Counted from the first letter of the stretch, positions 18,182 to 29,143 are shown. The stretch: 64,000 nt of DNA from Chloroflexi bacterium B3_Chlor (GCA_005223035.1 NJBK01000005.1:31237-95236); one strand, 5' to 3'. Program-made: numbers and translations. Notes: generated from the sequence alone by a model not told the origin.

Positions 18182-19902
18182 TGTACCGCTTCATTGGCGA
18201 CTTCGTGTATCGGCTGGCGCATGCCCATCCCGACGCTCACGGTGGACCAGGGCAGTATCTCGCTCTTGGAACGGCCGCCCAGATAATGTTCGGCCATGAG
18301 GCCCCTTGTTGCCAAAGCCTTCCGCCAGGCGGACAGACTCTTCTTCTCAACGGTCATCAGGGCTTCTCCCAGGCGTCTGTCACCGCGAGCCAGCACGCCC
18401 TGTACTTCTGCCCATCTGGCACTGTCGGCCCTGGTTTCGACGCTCATTGACCCCAACTTCCCTTTGACATAACGCAAACGCCCTTCCAACACGTCACGGG
18501 GAGCCATGGGCACACGTTGGAATGGGGTTTGAGCCTTGGGGACGAAAGGGGTGATATTGACAGTGAGTCGGCGACGAAAGCGTTTCCTCACCGATTGGAC
18601 TAGATGTAGGATTTCTCTCGCGTCGTTATCGGTCTCGGTTGGCAGCCCAATCATGAAGTACAGTTTCAGGTGGGGGAAGTCATACCTCGCAGCCAGCTCC
18701 ACGGCACGTATGATATCCTCTTCGGAGATCCCTTTGTTTATCTTCGTGCGTAGCCGCTCCGAAGCGGCCTCTGGCGCGATTGTGAGGGTCTGGGCACCAC
18801 TCTCGGCCAGGGCTTGCAGCAACGGTTCGGGTAGCGGATCGACGCGCAGGGAAGAGACAGATATCTCAGCTCCCAGGCCACGCAGCTGTGTCACCAGTTC
18901 CTCTATATGAGAGTAGTCCGATAGGGAAGCCCCGATCAGGCCCAATCTCCGCCGGTAGTGCAGGCCCTCCTTGGCCTTGGCGAGCAGAGTTTCTAGACTT
19001 CGCTCGCGTGTGGGCAGATAGGTCGAGCCCGCCAAACAGAAATGGCATCCTCTGGAACAGCCTCGGGATACTTCCATGAGATACATGTCGCCAAACGCTG
19101 TTTCCTCGGTCATGATGACGGAGCTTGTCGGATATGCATCTAGATCGGATAGCCATTGGCGCTGCACCGGGCAGGGGAACCCAGCAGAGGGGCTTATGCA
19201 CAGAATGTGCCCATTCTCCCTCTCGATCTGGTAGAACCGAGGGACGTAGACGCCGGGGATGGTTGCCAGTTGTTTCAGCAGATCCTCGCGGTTGAGGGAC
19301 ACTCCCTGCGCCAAGGTTTCGCTCAAGGCCGGGACTACGACCTCGCCCTCGCCAATAACGAAGGCGTCGAAGATCGGAGCCAGCGGCTCGGGGTTCGCCA
19401 TCACGCAAGGGCCTCCAGCGATGAGCAAGGGGTAGCTCTCGTCTCTGGCCTCAAAAGACAGCGGAATCCTAGCTCCTCGCAGCATGGCAAGCAGGTTGAA
19501 ATAGTCCATCTCAAAGGAGAGGGAAAACGCTAGTACGGCGAAGTCACCTAGAGGCCGCTGCGACTCCAAAGATATCGGAGGGCGCTCGTCGTTGCGATAG
19601 AAGACCCGTTCACAAACGATGTCTGGCTGATCGTTGAGGAGGCGATAGATGACGTGCAAGCCCAGGTTCGACATGCCGATGTAGTAAGTGTTGGGGTAGG
19701 CGAGCGCGATAGGCAGCCGACCTCCCCAATCCTTGCATATCGTCCCTTCCTCCTTCTCGAGTTTGCGTCTGGCATGGGAGACGGTGCTCCAGTCCAAGGG
19801 GTTCCCTCCTGTCGGGAAGTCTATCACAGAGGGTAGTCCAACGCAAACAGGATTCCGCTGTCTTTCCGTGGTTCCACTCACCTCGGGTGACCTTTCACTC
19901 AC
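18178..19902 (-). CDS. B12-binding-domain radical SAM protein (TIGR03960-like, uncharacterised family)
   Basis: MEVSRGCSRGCHFCLAG contains the CxxxCxxC motif. The N-terminal region is B12-binding-like. The ORF start is GTG at 19902. A second in-frame GTG at 19881 has better GAAAGG spacing. Confidence 0.8.
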   Translation of the reverse strand: MSERSPEVSGTTERQRNPVCVGLPSVIDFPTGGNPLDWSTVSHARRKLEKEEGTICKDWGGRLPIALAYPNTYYIGMSNLGLHVIYRLLNDQPDIVCERVFYRNDERPPISLESQRPLGDFAVLAFSLSFEMDYFNLLAMLRGARIPLSFEARDESYPLLIAGGPCVMANPEPLAPIFDAFVIGEGEVVVPALSETLAQGVSLNREDLLKQLATIPGVYVPRFYQIERENGHILCISPSAGFPCPVQRQWLSDLDAYPTSSVIMTEETAFGDMYLMEVSRGCSRGCHFCLAGSTYLPTRERSLETLLAKAKEGLHYRRRLGLIGASLSDYSHIEELVTQLRGLGAEISVSSLRVDPLPEPLLQALAESGAQTLTIAPEAASERLRTKINKGISEEDIIRAVELAARYDFPHLKLYFMIGLPTETDNDAREILHLVQSVRKRFRRRLTVNITPFVPKAQTPFQRVPMAPRDVLEGRLRYVKGKLGSMSVETRADSARWAEVQGVLARGDRRLGEALMTVEKKSLSAWRKALATRGLMAEHYLGGRSKSEILPWSTVSVGMGMRQPIHEVANEAVQ

Positions 19903-20415
19903 TCCGACATTGCCCTTGTCCGGCCAGTGCTACGGCCCCGGTTGCAGGAGTCACGATTGCCATTCCCTCAGGCATCTGGACCAAGGTTCTGCGGGACACT
20001 AGGTCGGTCTGTGAGGGCTTAAGTGCTCCTTGCAGGCAACACCTCAGTGCCCACCAAATACCGGTGTTGCGGCGCGAGGCCAACCATCACTAGCGTTACC
20101 TCCCCTAGGCATCCGGCGGCAGAGAGCATTCCGAGCTTGGTCAGTGCAAGTCTTGGCCTCACGGTGGCGCCAGATGGTGTATCCTGGGGTGGCGTTCACC
20201 TGGGCGATGCGGCTCAGGACGGGAGGAGGTCTTGCCGTCGACCGTGGCGCGCAGACGACCCGGGATGATGCCTCGGCCTAGTCTCACAGCGACCGTGCAC
20301 GGTGGGGGGACCCTCGCTCACGCAACAATCAGGCCTCGGTGCCATCATTCACCGGCCTTCTAGAATTGGCTCATCGCGAGTCGCTGTCGCGGTGTCATAG
20401 AGCACGGACAAGAGA

Positions 20416-20444
20416 GTCGCCCAGCTCACTAAGAGCCGGGCGAC
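20416..20444 (-). terminator. Intrinsic-terminator-like hairpin downstream of etfA
   Basis: Minus strand reads GTCGCCCGGCTC-TTAGT-GAGCTGGGCGAC, a 12-bp stem including one G-U pair. It is followed by TCTCTTGT and lies 27 nt after the etfA stop. Confidence 0.55.
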
Positions 20445-20470
20445 AACGACGGCGCAAGGGGCGGGGAGAT

Positions 20471-21454
20471 CTATGCTTCAGCTTTCATCTTCTTGAACTC
20501 TTCGATCAGTACTGGAACCACTTTGAACAGATCCCCAACGATGCCGTAGTCCGCCACCTTGAAGATTGGGGCGTCTGGGTCCTTGTTCACCGCCACAATG
20601 TACTTGGAGGTCTTCATGCCCGCGAGATGCTGTATGGCTCCTGAGATTCCACAAGCGATGTATAACGTGGGAGTCACAACTTTGCCGGTTTGTCCAACCT
20701 GATAACTATGGTCTTTCCAGCCCGCGTCAACAGCCGCTCGTGAAGCGCCGACAGCGGCGCCCAGTACTCCCGCCAATTCCTCAATGAGGGTGAAGTTCTC
20801 GGGGGCCTTCAGCCCGCGTCCACCTGAGACTATGATACCGGCTTCGGTGAGTTCGATCCGCTCTCCAGCTTCCTTTATCATATCTATCACGTTCGCCCGT
20901 ATGTCTCCGATGTCAGCGGGTATGTTCTCCACTGCGGCGTCGTGGGATGTATCGGGCTCAGGAGGTGCAAAGATGTTCGGTCGCACGGTAGCCATGTATG
21001 GTTTGGTCGCTTGAGTGACCGTGGCGGTTGCTTTGCCGGCGTAGATGGGCCTGGTGATATAGAATTCCCCATCTTGGACTTCGAAGCCCGTACAGTCGGA
21101 AGCGAGGCCGACTGCGAGCCTGGCGGCCAATCTGGGCGCTAGGTCTTTGCCCTGGGTCGTGGCGCCAATCAGAACTAGGGTGGGCTCGGTTTCTTTGACA
21201 AGGCGTGCCAACACGCTGGCATAGCCCTCAGCGGTGTAGTTGGCTAGGACAGGATCATCCGCTACGTATACCTTCTCAGCGCCGTGGTGGCCCAGGGGCT
21301 CCGGAATACCGGCAACCTCGTGGCCTAAAACCACGGCCTCTACCCTCCCACCCATTTGGTCAGCTATTCTCTTACCTTCGCCTATCAGCTCGAAGCTGAT
21401 CTTCTTCAGAGCGCCCCCTTGAGTCTCTGCAACCACCAAAACGTTGTTTGACAT
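20471..21454 (-). CDS. etfA: Electron transfer flavoprotein alpha subunit
   Basis: C-terminal FAD motif [24 protein letters not shown] lies upstream of the ATG. Confidence 0.9.
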   Translation of the reverse strand: MSNNVLVVAETQGGALKKISFELIGEGKRIADQMGGRVEAVVLGHEVAGIPEPLGHHGAEKVYVADDPVLANYTAEGYASVLARLVKETEPTLVLIGATTQGKDLAPRLAARLAVGLASDCTGFEVQDGEFYITRPIYAGKATATVTQATKPYMATVRPNIFAPPEPDTSHDAAVENIPADIGDIRANVIDMIKEAGERIELTEAGIIVSGGRGLKAPENFTLIEELAGVLGAAVGASRAAVDAGWKDHSYQVGQTGKVVTPTLYIACGISGAIQHLAGMKTSKYIVAVNKDPDAPIFKVADYGIVGDLFKVVPVLIEEFKKMKAEA

Positions 21455-21508
21455 GATTTCCTCCAGGTTCCTGTCAAGAGTTGGGAACCGATGCGTTGTG
21501 AGCCTGAG

Positions 21509-22297
21509 TCACAGAATCTTCGCTTCGTCTCTGAGTAGGTGAGCGACCTTGATGGCGTCCTGGACAGGATCCTCATCGAACACGTTGCCGCCCACTCTTT
21601 CCGGCGGCAACGTCACCTCCGTGAACTTGATCTTGGCAGCCCCAGGTCCAGCCATGTCCTTGTCCACACCTATCTCCTCGGCATTCCACTCGGGGATGAT
21701 TTTCTTCTTCACCGCCATGATGCCCTTGATGGACGCGTAGCGAGGCTCGTTCAGACCCTTCTGGGCGGTGATGATCGCAGGCAATGGTGCCTCAACTACC
21801 TCATGGCCGCCTTGCACCTCCCTGTGGGCGACGATAGACTTTCTGTCCTCCGCAATCTCCAGCTTGGTGACCACGGAAACATGGGGAATATCCAGCAATT
21901 CCGCAAGGATGATGCCAACCTGCGCGTGGTCTTCATCCACCCCTTGTTTTCCACAAAAGACGATGTCGTAGTCCATCTTTTCGAGGGCCTTGGACAGTAT
22001 CAGGGCGGTGGAGTAGGGATCGGAGCCCTCAAAGGCTTCGTCGACCAGATGAATGGCTTCATCCGCGCCCACGGCCAGTCCGCTCTTGAGAGCATCTTTG
22101 GCTCGTTCTGGGCCAGTAGTGATCAAGGTGAGCTTGCCTTCCTCCAGTCTTTCCTTTATGCGCAGGCCCTCCTCGATGGCGTACTCGTCGTAGGGATTGA
22201 CAACATACTTGGTTTCCGTGTGGTCTACCTGTCCACCTTTGACCTTTATCTTGGTCTCAGTATCGGGCACCTGTTTGACACAAATCACTATATTCAT
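21509..22297 (-). CDS. etfB: Electron transfer flavoprotein beta subunit
   Basis: MNIVICVKQVPD... The ATG at 22297 lies 9 nt after GGAGG. The track ORF begins 9 nt earlier at a TTG. Confidence 0.9.
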   Translation of the reverse strand: MNIVICVKQVPDTETKIKVKGGQVDHTETKYVVNPYDEYAIEEGLRIKERLEEGKLTLITTGPERAKDALKSGLAVGADEAIHLVDEAFEGSDPYSTALILSKALEKMDYDIVFCGKQGVDEDHAQVGIILAELLDIPHVSVVTKLEIAEDRKSIVAHREVQGGHEVVEAPLPAIITAQKGLNEPRYASIKGIMAVKKKIIPEWNAEEIGVDKDMAGPGAAKIKFTEVTLPPERVGGNVFDEDPVQDAIKVAHLLRDEAKIL

Positions 22298-22339
22298 GAG
22301 AACCAACCTCCTTCAGTCTTCCAGTCGACATGAGAATCG

Positions 22340-23479
22340 CTACTTCAACAGCCAGCGAGAGATCACCAAGCGCTGTATCTCGCTCGTACCCTCGTAGATT
22401 TGCAGAAGCTTGGCATCGCGCATGTATTTCTCTACCGGATACTCCTTTGTGTATCCGTAGCCGCCAAAGATCTGCACTGCGTCCGTGGCTATCTGCATGG
22501 CGCTGTCAGCCGCGAAGCACTTGGCGATTGCCGATTCATAACCATTGCGTAGACCCTGATCGGCCATCCACGCAGCCCGCCAAACCAGGAGACGCGACGC
22601 CTCAATCTTGATGGCCATGTCGGCCAACTTGAACTGAATCCCTTGGAACGAAGCGATTGGCTGGCCGAACTGCTCCCGTTCTTTGGCGTATTTCACCGCG
22701 GCTTCCATCGCAGCTCGAGCCACACCCACCGCCATCGCTGCGACTTCAGCTCGCAGCTTGTCCAGGGTATCCATAACCAGGCGGAACCCAGCTCCTTCCC
22801 GGCCCAGACGGCTCTCTACGGGTACCCGCACGTCCTCGAAGATCACTTCTCTGGTACTGGCAGCTCGTTGTCCCATCTTGTCCTCTTCCTTCCCCAGCGA
22901 GATGCCGGCTGCATCAGCAGGCACCAACAGAACGACGAACCCTCGGTGGCGCAACTTTGGATCTAGGGTGGCTGCGACCGTGTACAGCCTAGCCACGCCC
23001 GCATTGGTGATGAAACGCTTAGTGCCGTTCAGGATGTAGAAGTCTCCGTCTCGCCTGGCCCTGGTCCTTATGCTGGCTGCGTCAGAGCCGGCCCCTGGTT
23101 CTGTGAGACAGAAGGCGGCCAACGCTGGTTCCGCACAGAGAGGTTTCATGAACCGCTCCATCTGCTCTGGAGTGGCGGCGATGTTCAGCGGGGTAAGGCC
23201 AAGGCTGCTGGTCACGAATGAGCTGCATATGCCAGCACAGCCAGCGGCAATCTCCTCGACAACGAGACAATCCTCGAAATGGCCGAGACCTCCGCCGCCG
23301 TATTCCTCAGGAACGGTGACATTGATCAAGCCGATGGCGTGGGCTTTCTCTACCAATTCCCACGGATACTCTCCAGAGCGGTCAGCTTCCGCGGCGATGG
23401 GAACGATCTCATTCTGGGTAAATCGGCGGGCCAGGTCTCGAAGGGCGTTTTGCTCGTTACTGAGGGAGGGATTGAACAT
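22340..23479 (-). CDS. Acyl-CoA dehydrogenase
   Basis: ..CLTEPGAGSD..FITNAG..YEGTSEIQRLVISR. It sits immediately upstream of etfBA. Confidence 0.9.
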   Translation of the reverse strand: MFNPSLSNEQNALRDLARRFTQNEIVPIAAEADRSGEYPWELVEKAHAIGLINVTVPEEYGGGGLGHFEDCLVVEEIAAGCAGICSSFVTSSLGLTPLNIAATPEQMERFMKPLCAEPALAAFCLTEPGAGSDAASIRTRARRDGDFYILNGTKRFITNAGVARLYTVAATLDPKLRHRGFVVLLVPADAAGISLGKEEDKMGQRAASTREVIFEDVRVPVESRLGREGAGFRLVMDTLDKLRAEVAAMAVGVARAAMEAAVKYAKEREQFGQPIASFQGIQFKLADMAIKIEASRLLVWRAAWMADQGLRNGYESAIAKCFAADSAMQIATDAVQIFGGYGYTKEYPVEKYMRDAKLLQIYEGTSEIQRLVISRWLLK

Positions 23480-23554
23480 ATGCTCTAATGCTGATGCAAG
23501 AGTCTGAGGGATGGTACGCAGTCTGTGGGAGACTCCTCACAGTCACCGGCGCTC

Positions 23555-23583
23555 ATTTTACTAGAAGAGGCAGCGGTTGTCAA
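23555..23583 (-). promoter_or_regulatory. Sigma70-type promoter TTGACA-17 nt-TAAAAT for the acd-etfBA operon
   Basis: The -35 is at 23583..23578 and the -10 at 23560..23555 on the minus strand. It lies about 75 nt upstream of the ATG at 23479. Confidence 0.5.
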
Positions 23584-23623
23584 CCAGGTCTAGCCCGCAG
23601 CAGGGCGGAGCAACGAGATCTCC

Positions 23624-25858
23624 CTAGCCGCACTGAGAGTAGCCACACGAGGGGCAGCGCAAGCAGCCTTCTACGAATTCAACCATGGTACCACAATCAG
23701 GACATTCGGGACACATACCCAGGAGGTTCCTGGCGATCATGTCTGCGGTTGATGCGGCGAATGCAACAGTGGCGCTGTCATTGACGTGCCTGTGCATGGA
23801 CTTACCGATGGCATCCGCACAGGAAAGGATGATGTTGCCCTCCTGCCAGGCCGGAGCTGGACAGCGTATACCTTGTAGTTGTTTGATGATCACTTCCGTC
23901 CGGATGCCGGAGCGGAGGGCCAGGGAGATCAAGCGTCCTATCGCCTCAGACTGGGAGGCCATGCAGCCTCCGCTCTTGCCCATGGTGGCAAAGACTTCGA
24001 AGAGGCCCTCCTGGTCCTCGTTGATCGTCACGTAGATGCTCTGTCCGCAACCCACAGTAATCTTCTCTGTCACGCCGTGAGTGACAGTTGGACGTGCGCG
24101 TGGTCCGCGGGTATCCCTCTTGCGATCTGCTTCTGCCACGCCCCTGGTCAATACCTGGGATGCTCGGCTGCCGTCACGGTAAATGGTCACTCCTTTGCAG
24201 CCCATATCATACGCGAGCAAGTAGGCTCTCTCCACATCCTCCCTCGTCGCATCATGGGAGAAGTTGATAGTCTTGGAGACGGCGTTGTCCGTGTACTTCT
24301 GGAAGGCGGCCTGGAGACGGATGTGCCACTCCGGAGCAATGTCATGCGCCGTAGCAAGTATCCTTCGTATCTCCGCCGGTACGCCTTCAAGCTTCTGCAC
24401 GCTGCCTGTCTTCGCTACCTTTTTCATCAGTTCTTGGCTGTGGAAGCCTTGCTCGAGGGCTACTTCCTCGAAGATGGAGTCGACCTCGAGTAGCCCAGTT
24501 CCTTCGAGAACATGTCGCCTGTATGCCAGTGCGAAGATTGGCTCGATGCCGCTGGAGGTACCAGCGATGATGCTGATGCTGCCGGTAGGGGCGATGGTGG
24601 TTACGGTGGCATTCCTCATCTTCTTTCTGCGACCCGGAGCGTCGTAGATGCTGCCCGCGAAGTTCGGAAAGACACCCCTTCGCTCCGCCAGAGCCGCCGA
24701 GGCTTGCCTGGCGCTCTCCTGGATGAAACTCATCAGCTCTTCAGCGGTGTTCACAGCCTCTTCCGAGTCATACGGTATGCGCAGACGGATGAGCATGTGT
24801 GCGAAGCCCATGACGCCCAAGCCTATCTTACGATTGGCCAGCGTCATTTCTTCTATCTCGCGCAGAGGATACTTGTTGCAGTCTATGATGTTGTCCAAGA
24901 AATGCACGGCGCAATGAACCGTCTCTTCCAAGTGTTGGTAGTCGATCTTGCCATCTACCAGCATCTTGGACAGGTCGATGGAACCCAGATTACAGCTCTC
25001 GAAGGGCAGGAGGGGTTGCTCACCGCAAGGGTTGGTGCTTTCGATCTCGCCTGCAAGAGGCGTAGGGTTGCTCTCATTCAGCCTGTCGAGGAAGATCACC
25101 CCGGGATCCCCGTTTCTCCAGGCCATCTCTGATATCTTACGGAAGACTGCCCTAGCTCGCAGGCGTCTCACGGCGTCCCCGGAACGAGGGTTGACGAGTG
25201 CGTATGTGGCATCCCTTCGCAGCGCCTCCATGAACTCCCTCGTCAAGCCCACGGAAGTGTTGAAGTTATTGAGCCTACTGTCATCCGCCTTGGCAGTGAT
25301 GAAATCCATGATGTCAGGATGGTCTACCCTCTGGATAGCCATATTGGCCCCGCGCCTGGTTCCCCCCTGCTTTATGGCTTCGGTCGCAGCATCGAACACT
25401 TCCATGAACGAGATAGGGCCGGAGGCTATACCGCCGGTTGATTTCACCACATCGCCCTTGGGCCGCAGGCGGGAAAACGAAAAGCCAGTTCCCCCTCCAC
25501 TTTGATGAATGAGGGCGGTGTTCTTGATGGCTTCGAAGATGCTCTCCATCGAGTCCTCGATGGGCAGCACGAAACAGGCCGAAAGCTGTCCTAGACTTCT
25601 CCCGGCGTTCATCAGCGTGGGGGAATTGGGCAAGAACTCGAGACTAGCCATCGGGCCATAGAATTTCTCAGCCGTGGCTGGCACGTCCGCGGATGGGTCA
25701 TACATGGCGTCTACCTGAGCCACATGTTCAGCCACCCGCCAGAAAAGCTCTTCCGATGTCTCTGCCACTTTCCCAGTCTCATCCCTTTTCAGGTATCGCT
25801 TTTCCAACACCGTCATGGCATTCGGCGATAGCTTGAGGGCGGCGCCTCCCGACAGCAT
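23624..25858 (-). CDS. nrdJ: Adenosylcobalamin-dependent (class II) ribonucleotide reductase
   Basis: [20 protein letters not shown] holds the active-site Cys/Glu/Cys region. 744 aa, with a C-terminal Zn-ribbon [16 protein letters not shown]. Confidence 0.9.
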   Translation of the reverse strand: MLSGGAALKLSPNAMTVLEKRYLKRDETGKVAETSEELFWRVAEHVAQVDAMYDPSADVPATAEKFYGPMASLEFLPNSPTLMNAGRSLGQLSACFVLPIEDSMESIFEAIKNTALIHQSGGGTGFSFSRLRPKGDVVKSTGGIASGPISFMEVFDAATEAIKQGGTRRGANMAIQRVDHPDIMDFITAKADDSRLNNFNTSVGLTREFMEALRRDATYALVNPRSGDAVRRLRARAVFRKISEMAWRNGDPGVIFLDRLNESNPTPLAGEIESTNPCGEQPLLPFESCNLGSIDLSKMLVDGKIDYQHLEETVHCAVHFLDNIIDCNKYPLREIEEMTLANRKIGLGVMGFAHMLIRLRIPYDSEEAVNTAEELMSFIQESARQASAALAERRGVFPNFAGSIYDAPGRRKKMRNATVTTIAPTGSISIIAGTSSGIEPIFALAYRRHVLEGTGLLEVDSIFEEVALEQGFHSQELMKKVAKTGSVQKLEGVPAEIRRILATAHDIAPEWHIRLQAAFQKYTDNAVSKTINFSHDATREDVERAYLLAYDMGCKGVTIYRDGSRASQVLTRGVAEADRKRDTRGPRARPTVTHGVTEKITVGCGQSIYVTINEDQEGLFEVFATMGKSGGCMASQSEAIGRLISLALRSGIRTEVIIKQLQGIRCPAPAWQEGNIILSCADAIGKSMHRHVNDSATVAFAASTADMIARNLLGMCPECPDCGTMVEFVEGCLRCPSCGYSQCG

Positions 25859-25904
25859 CTCAGTTCTCCAGCGATCAACAGACTAGCTCGACCTGGCAAC
25901 CATT

Positions 25905-26396
25905 CTATAAGTCAAGGCGAAGCTGGGCTTCCAGTTCAGCTTCTCGCCTTTTCCACTCTTTGAACTCCTCGATTTCCTCAGCCAGACTATCCACGTCTCG
26001 GAAGCGACGATATACGGAAGCGAACCGCACGTACGCTACATCATCCAGTTCCCTCAATCGGCTCATCACCATCTTGCCAATGTGCTCGCTTTCCACCTCC
26101 GCTCGTCCCAACTCATAGAGTTCTCTCTCTACGTCTTTGACCATTAGTTCAACGGTCTCGGTAGAGATTGCGCGCTTGGCGCAGGCACGAAGGATCCCTT
26201 TCAGGAGCTTCTCGCTGTCGAAAGGCTCCCGGCGCCCGTCCTTCTTTACCACGAGGAGGCTCGTCTTAGCCACTCGCTCATAGGTAGTGAAGCGTTGGTG
26301 GCAGTCCTTGCACTCCCTGCGCCGGCGAATGCCCTCACCCACCTCCCTGGTATCAATAACCCTAGTATCCTTCCTCGTGCAGTAGGGGCACTTCAT
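25905..26396 (-). CDS. nrdR: Transcriptional repressor NrdR
   Basis: MKCPYCTRKDTRVIDTRE...CKDCHQRFTTYE is a Zn ribbon, followed by an ATP-cone. The true start is the ATG at 26396, preceded by GGAGGAGAG. The 251-aa track ORF is an upstream over-extension. Confidence 0.9.
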   Translation of the reverse strand: MKCPYCTRKDTRVIDTREVGEGIRRRRECKDCHQRFTTYERVAKTSLLVVKKDGRREPFDSEKLLKGILRACAKRAISTETVELMVKDVERELYELGRAEVESEHIGKMVMSRLRELDDVAYVRFASVYRRFRDVDSLAEEIEEFKEWKRREAELEAQLRLDL

Positions 26397-26448
26397 GGTC
26401 TCTCCTCCTTCGATAAGATGGAGACCTCTGTCCGGGTGACGTACCAAG

Positions 26449-26495
26449 GTACTACATATGGTACATAGTCTGAACGACGCTACAACATGTTGTGG
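26449..26495. promoter_or_regulatory. Two tandem NrdR-box-like palindromes upstream of nrdR-nrdJ
   Basis: GTACTACATATGGTAC at 26449-26464 and CTACAACATGTTGTGG at 26480-26495. They match 10/16 and 11/16 positions of the consensus acaCwAtATaTwGtgt. The centres are 31 bp apart, the classic tandem-box spacing. Confidence 0.55.
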
Positions 26496-26610
26496 CGCAG
26501 AGCTTTCTAAACTTAGCACAAAGCGGCGAATATGGCAAGGCCGGAATGGCGCCTGAACCTTAAAATTTGGGAATCGGGGCGGGGCTCTTGTCGTGTGAGG
26601 GAAAGAGGGA

Positions 26611-26639
26611 GGGGGAAGGTGGCGCAGTAACCTTCCCCC
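26611..26639 (-). terminator. Terminator-like hairpin downstream of ftsZ
   Basis: GGGGGAAGG-11 nt loop-CCTTCCCCC (9 bp, perfect), followed on the minus strand by TCCCTCTTTCCC. A second weaker hairpin GGGCC-TTTC-GGCCC lies at 26691-26704. Confidence 0.4.
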
Positions 26640-26763
26640 TGGAAAGGATCCTTCTGGCAAGAGAGTGCAGACTCTACTTGCGCAGAAAGCGGGCCTTTCG
26701 GCCCCGAAAGGGAGGAGGACAGAAAGACATCAGCTGTCGGTATTCCCGCTGGCTGAAGCTTCC

Positions 26764-27828
26764 CTACACTCGAGACTTCCGTTGGCGCAGAAAGGTCGGA
26801 ATATCCAGATTGTCGTTGAGGAAGTCCGGTGCCGGGAACACGATTTTGTTGTCTGCGTCGGTGAGTCGCCTCACCGCTCCGTCAAAGCCGGTGGCGATGA
26901 CAGTGATCTGAATCTCGCTGTCAACCATCTCGGGATCCATGACGGCTCCGAAGATGAGGTTGACGTCGGGATGAGCCATTTCCCTGATGACTCTGGCCGC
27001 CTCATTCACTTCGTGAAGCGTGAGGTCTGTCCCTCCTGTCACGTTGAAGAGAACTCCCGTCGCTCCATTGATGGTCACGTCCAGTAGAGGGCTGCTCACT
27101 GCAGCATGGGCGGCATCAACGGCTCGTGTCTCGCCAGACGCCCGTCCCACAGCCATCAGCGCTGACCCGCCCCTAGCCATAATGGTGCGTACGTCCGCGA
27201 AGTCTAGGTTGATCAGACCCGGGACTGTAATCAGTTCGGAAATCCCCTGTATCCCTTGACGCAGCACATCATCAGCGAAGGAGAAAGCTTCCTGGATGGA
27301 GGCTTTTTTGTCCACCAACTCCAGTAGACGGTCGTTAGGGATCACAATCAGCGTGTCAACCCGCTGTTTGAGTTCTGTGATGCCGTGCTCTGCCACCTCT
27401 CTGCGACGAGTCCCCTCGAAGGTGAAGGGCTTGGTCACAACACCGATGGTGAGTGCACCGGCTTCCTTAGCGAGTTGAGCGATGAGGGGAGAAGCCCCCG
27501 TGCCAGTACCTCCGCCGATGCCAGCGGTGATGAAGACCATATCTGCGTCCAGTACCGCCTTCCTGAGTTCCTCTTCGCTCTCCTGGGCGGCCTTGGCCCC
27601 GATCTCGGGGTCGCCACCCGCTCCCAGCCCTTTCGTCAGTTTGTCGCCAATGCGAATCTGATAGGGTGCTTCGGAGAAGAAGAGGGCCTGAGCATCGGCG
27701 TTCACAGCGATGAACTCCACTCCTTTCAGATTCTCCTTGATCATGCGGTTGATGGCGTTGCCACCGCCACCTCCAATTCCTATCACTTTTATCTTGGCAA
27801 GATTGCCCAACTCCGCTACGTAGGTCAT
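26764..27828 (-). CDS. ftsZ: Cell division protein FtsZ
   Basis: [17 protein letters not shown] and the tubulin signature [10 protein letters not shown]. Confidence 0.95.
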   Translation of the reverse strand: MTYVAELGNLAKIKVIGIGGGGGNAINRMIKENLKGVEFIAVNADAQALFFSEAPYQIRIGDKLTKGLGAGGDPEIGAKAAQESEEELRKAVLDADMVFITAGIGGGTGTGASPLIAQLAKEAGALTIGVVTKPFTFEGTRRREVAEHGITELKQRVDTLIVIPNDRLLELVDKKASIQEAFSFADDVLRQGIQGISELITVPGLINLDFADVRTIMARGGSALMAVGRASGETRAVDAAHAAVSSPLLDVTINGATGVLFNVTGGTDLTLHEVNEAARVIREMAHPDVNLIFGAVMDPEMVDSEIQITVIATGFDGAVRRLTDADNKIVFPAPDFLNDNLDIPTFLRQRKSRV

Positions 27829-27898
27829 TCTCTGTCGCCTCCCTTTCTTTGATTGTGACCCTCTAAGCCATCCGTTGACAGGCGCGGTTGAGTGTCCT

Positions 27899-29143
27899 CT
27901 ATCCTGGTGTCAAGACCTGAAGCAGATCCCTGAACCGTCCCACTATGCCTCGTCGCTGGAGCGAGCCATTGTGGCTTGCATCGGGCGCGCATCTCAGAGC
28001 CCAAAGGAGCAGGCCGACGCTACATGCGTGGGCCGGATCTCTCACGGTTTCCACAAGGCCCTCCATTTCGTGGGGTGTTCCTACGCGCACAGGCAAATCG
28101 AGGACCTCGCAAGAGAGCTCTTTTATCCCTGCTAAGTCCGCTGTTCCGCCACACAGGACCACCCCAGCAGGTAGTAGGCCGTCGTAGCCCGAGCGCTTTA
28201 TCTCCCGTAGTACGAGTTCTAGGATCTCCTCCGATCGAGCCCTGATGATTTCGGCCAACCGACGGCGGGATACGGAGCGATGTGAGTTGTCGCCGAAGGA
28301 GGTTGCATCGATAGACTCATCTGGTCCAATAGTCTCCGGCATGGTGTGGCCGTATTTCGTCTTGAGAGTCTCGGCAACCATGAAAGGCGTGCGTAGCCCC
28401 ACAGCAACGTCGTGAGTCAAATGGTTCCCGCCGACCGGCAGAACAGTGGTATGCCATACGCTCCCGTCGATGAATATGGCCAGGTCTGTCGTGCCCCCCC
28501 CAATGTCCACCAGGGCAACTCCGAGTTCCTTCTCAGCCGTGGTTAGCACCGCCTCACCCGCGGCTATGGGTTCCAGTACGAGCCCCCCAACGCGCACGCC
28601 AGCGCCCTGCACGCACTGCACCAGATTGTGGACTGAGGTGGAGGCTCCGGTTACTATGTGAGCCTCAACCTCAAGACGAAACCCTCGGAGGCCCAGCGGA
28701 TTGCGGACCCCGTCTTGGTCATCAACGATGTAACCGCGCGGGATGACGTGAATCAACTGACGATTGGCGGGTAGGGCTACGGCACGAGCCGCCTCCAAGG
28801 CGCGGTCAATGTCCTCCTGGACGATGGTGCGTTCGCCCCGGGAGATAGCAGCTATCCCCTTGCTGTTGAGCCCGGAGATGTGAGCACCCGCCATGCCAAC
28901 GAAGGCGCTATCTATTTCGTAGCCGGAGATCTGCTCTGCTTTTTCCACGGACATCGCGATGGCTTGAGTTGCTTGTTCGATGTCAAGCACGACGCCTTTG
29001 CGCACCCCCCGTGAGGGCGAGACACCTATCCCCACAATGCGCATCGCTGGCTCTTCGCCAAGCTCGCCGACCAACGTGCACACTTTGGTGGTGCCCACGT
29101 CTATGGCAACTATCGTTTCTTCCACGTCACCCTCCCCCCGCAT
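27899..29143 (-). CDS. ftsA: Cell division protein FtsA
   Basis: Actin-fold motifs [11 protein letters not shown] and VDIGGGTTD. The likely true start is GTG at 29125, 5 nt after GGAGGG. Confidence 0.9.
   Translation of the reverse strand: MRGEGDVEETIVAIDVGTTKVCTLVGELGEEPAMRIVGIGVSPSRGVRKGVVLDIEQATQAIAMSVEKAEQISGYEIDSAFVGMAGAHISGLNSKGIAAISRGERTIVQEDIDRALEAARAVALPANRQLIHVIPRGYIVDDQDGVRNPLGLRGFRLEVEAHIVTGASTSVHNLVQCVQGAGVRVGGLVLEPIAAGEAVLTTAEKELGVALVDIGGGTTDLAIFIDGSVWHTTVLPVGGNHLTHDVAVGLRTPFMVAETLKTKYGHTMPETIGPDESIDATSFGDNSHRSVSRRRLAEIIRARSEEILELVLREIKRSGYDGLLPAGVVLCGGTADLAGIKELSCEVLDLPVRVGTPHEMEGLVETVRDPAHACSVGLLLWALRCAPDASHNGSLQRRGIVGRFRDLLQVLTPG

Noticed and set aside
20200-20335. A small Cys-containing ORF (MMAPRPDCCVSEGPP.., about 44 aa, minus strand) upstream of the radical SAM gene, considered as a possible RiPP precursor.
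   Set aside because: It has no leader/core-like organisation and only a weak SD. The radical SAM protein looks like the widespread TIGR03960-type housekeeping family rather than a RiPP maturase. Nothing supports the idea beyond proximity.
19903-20470. RNase P RNA, tmRNA, SRP RNA or a cobalamin riboswitch in this gap and in the 7611-8166 gap. A cobalamin riboswitch was attractive because a B12-binding radical SAM gene lies downstream.
   Set aside because: I searched both strands by eye for the invariant blocks.
- RNase P: GAGGAAAGUCC and ACAGAAnnCGGCUUA.
- tmRNA: the 3' T-arm with CCACCA and an ..LAA tag ORF.
- SRP RNA: GGAAGGAAGCAG.
- Cobalamin riboswitch: the B12 box AGnCAGGAnACCUGCC.

Only loose partial resemblances turned up, for example GGGAAtggcaatcGTGactCC..GCACTGGCC..AAGGG and AAGTCTTGG. 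That is not enough to call any known family.
25905-26660. N-terminally extended track ORFs for nrdR (251 aa), mraZ (175 aa), rsmH (338 aa), etfB, the 56205-57392 thiolase and yceD (229 aa).
   Set aside because: In each case the family's conserved N-terminus begins at an internal ATG with a proper SD or a stop/start overlap. The extensions are Pro/Arg-rich and cover promoter or operator sequence.
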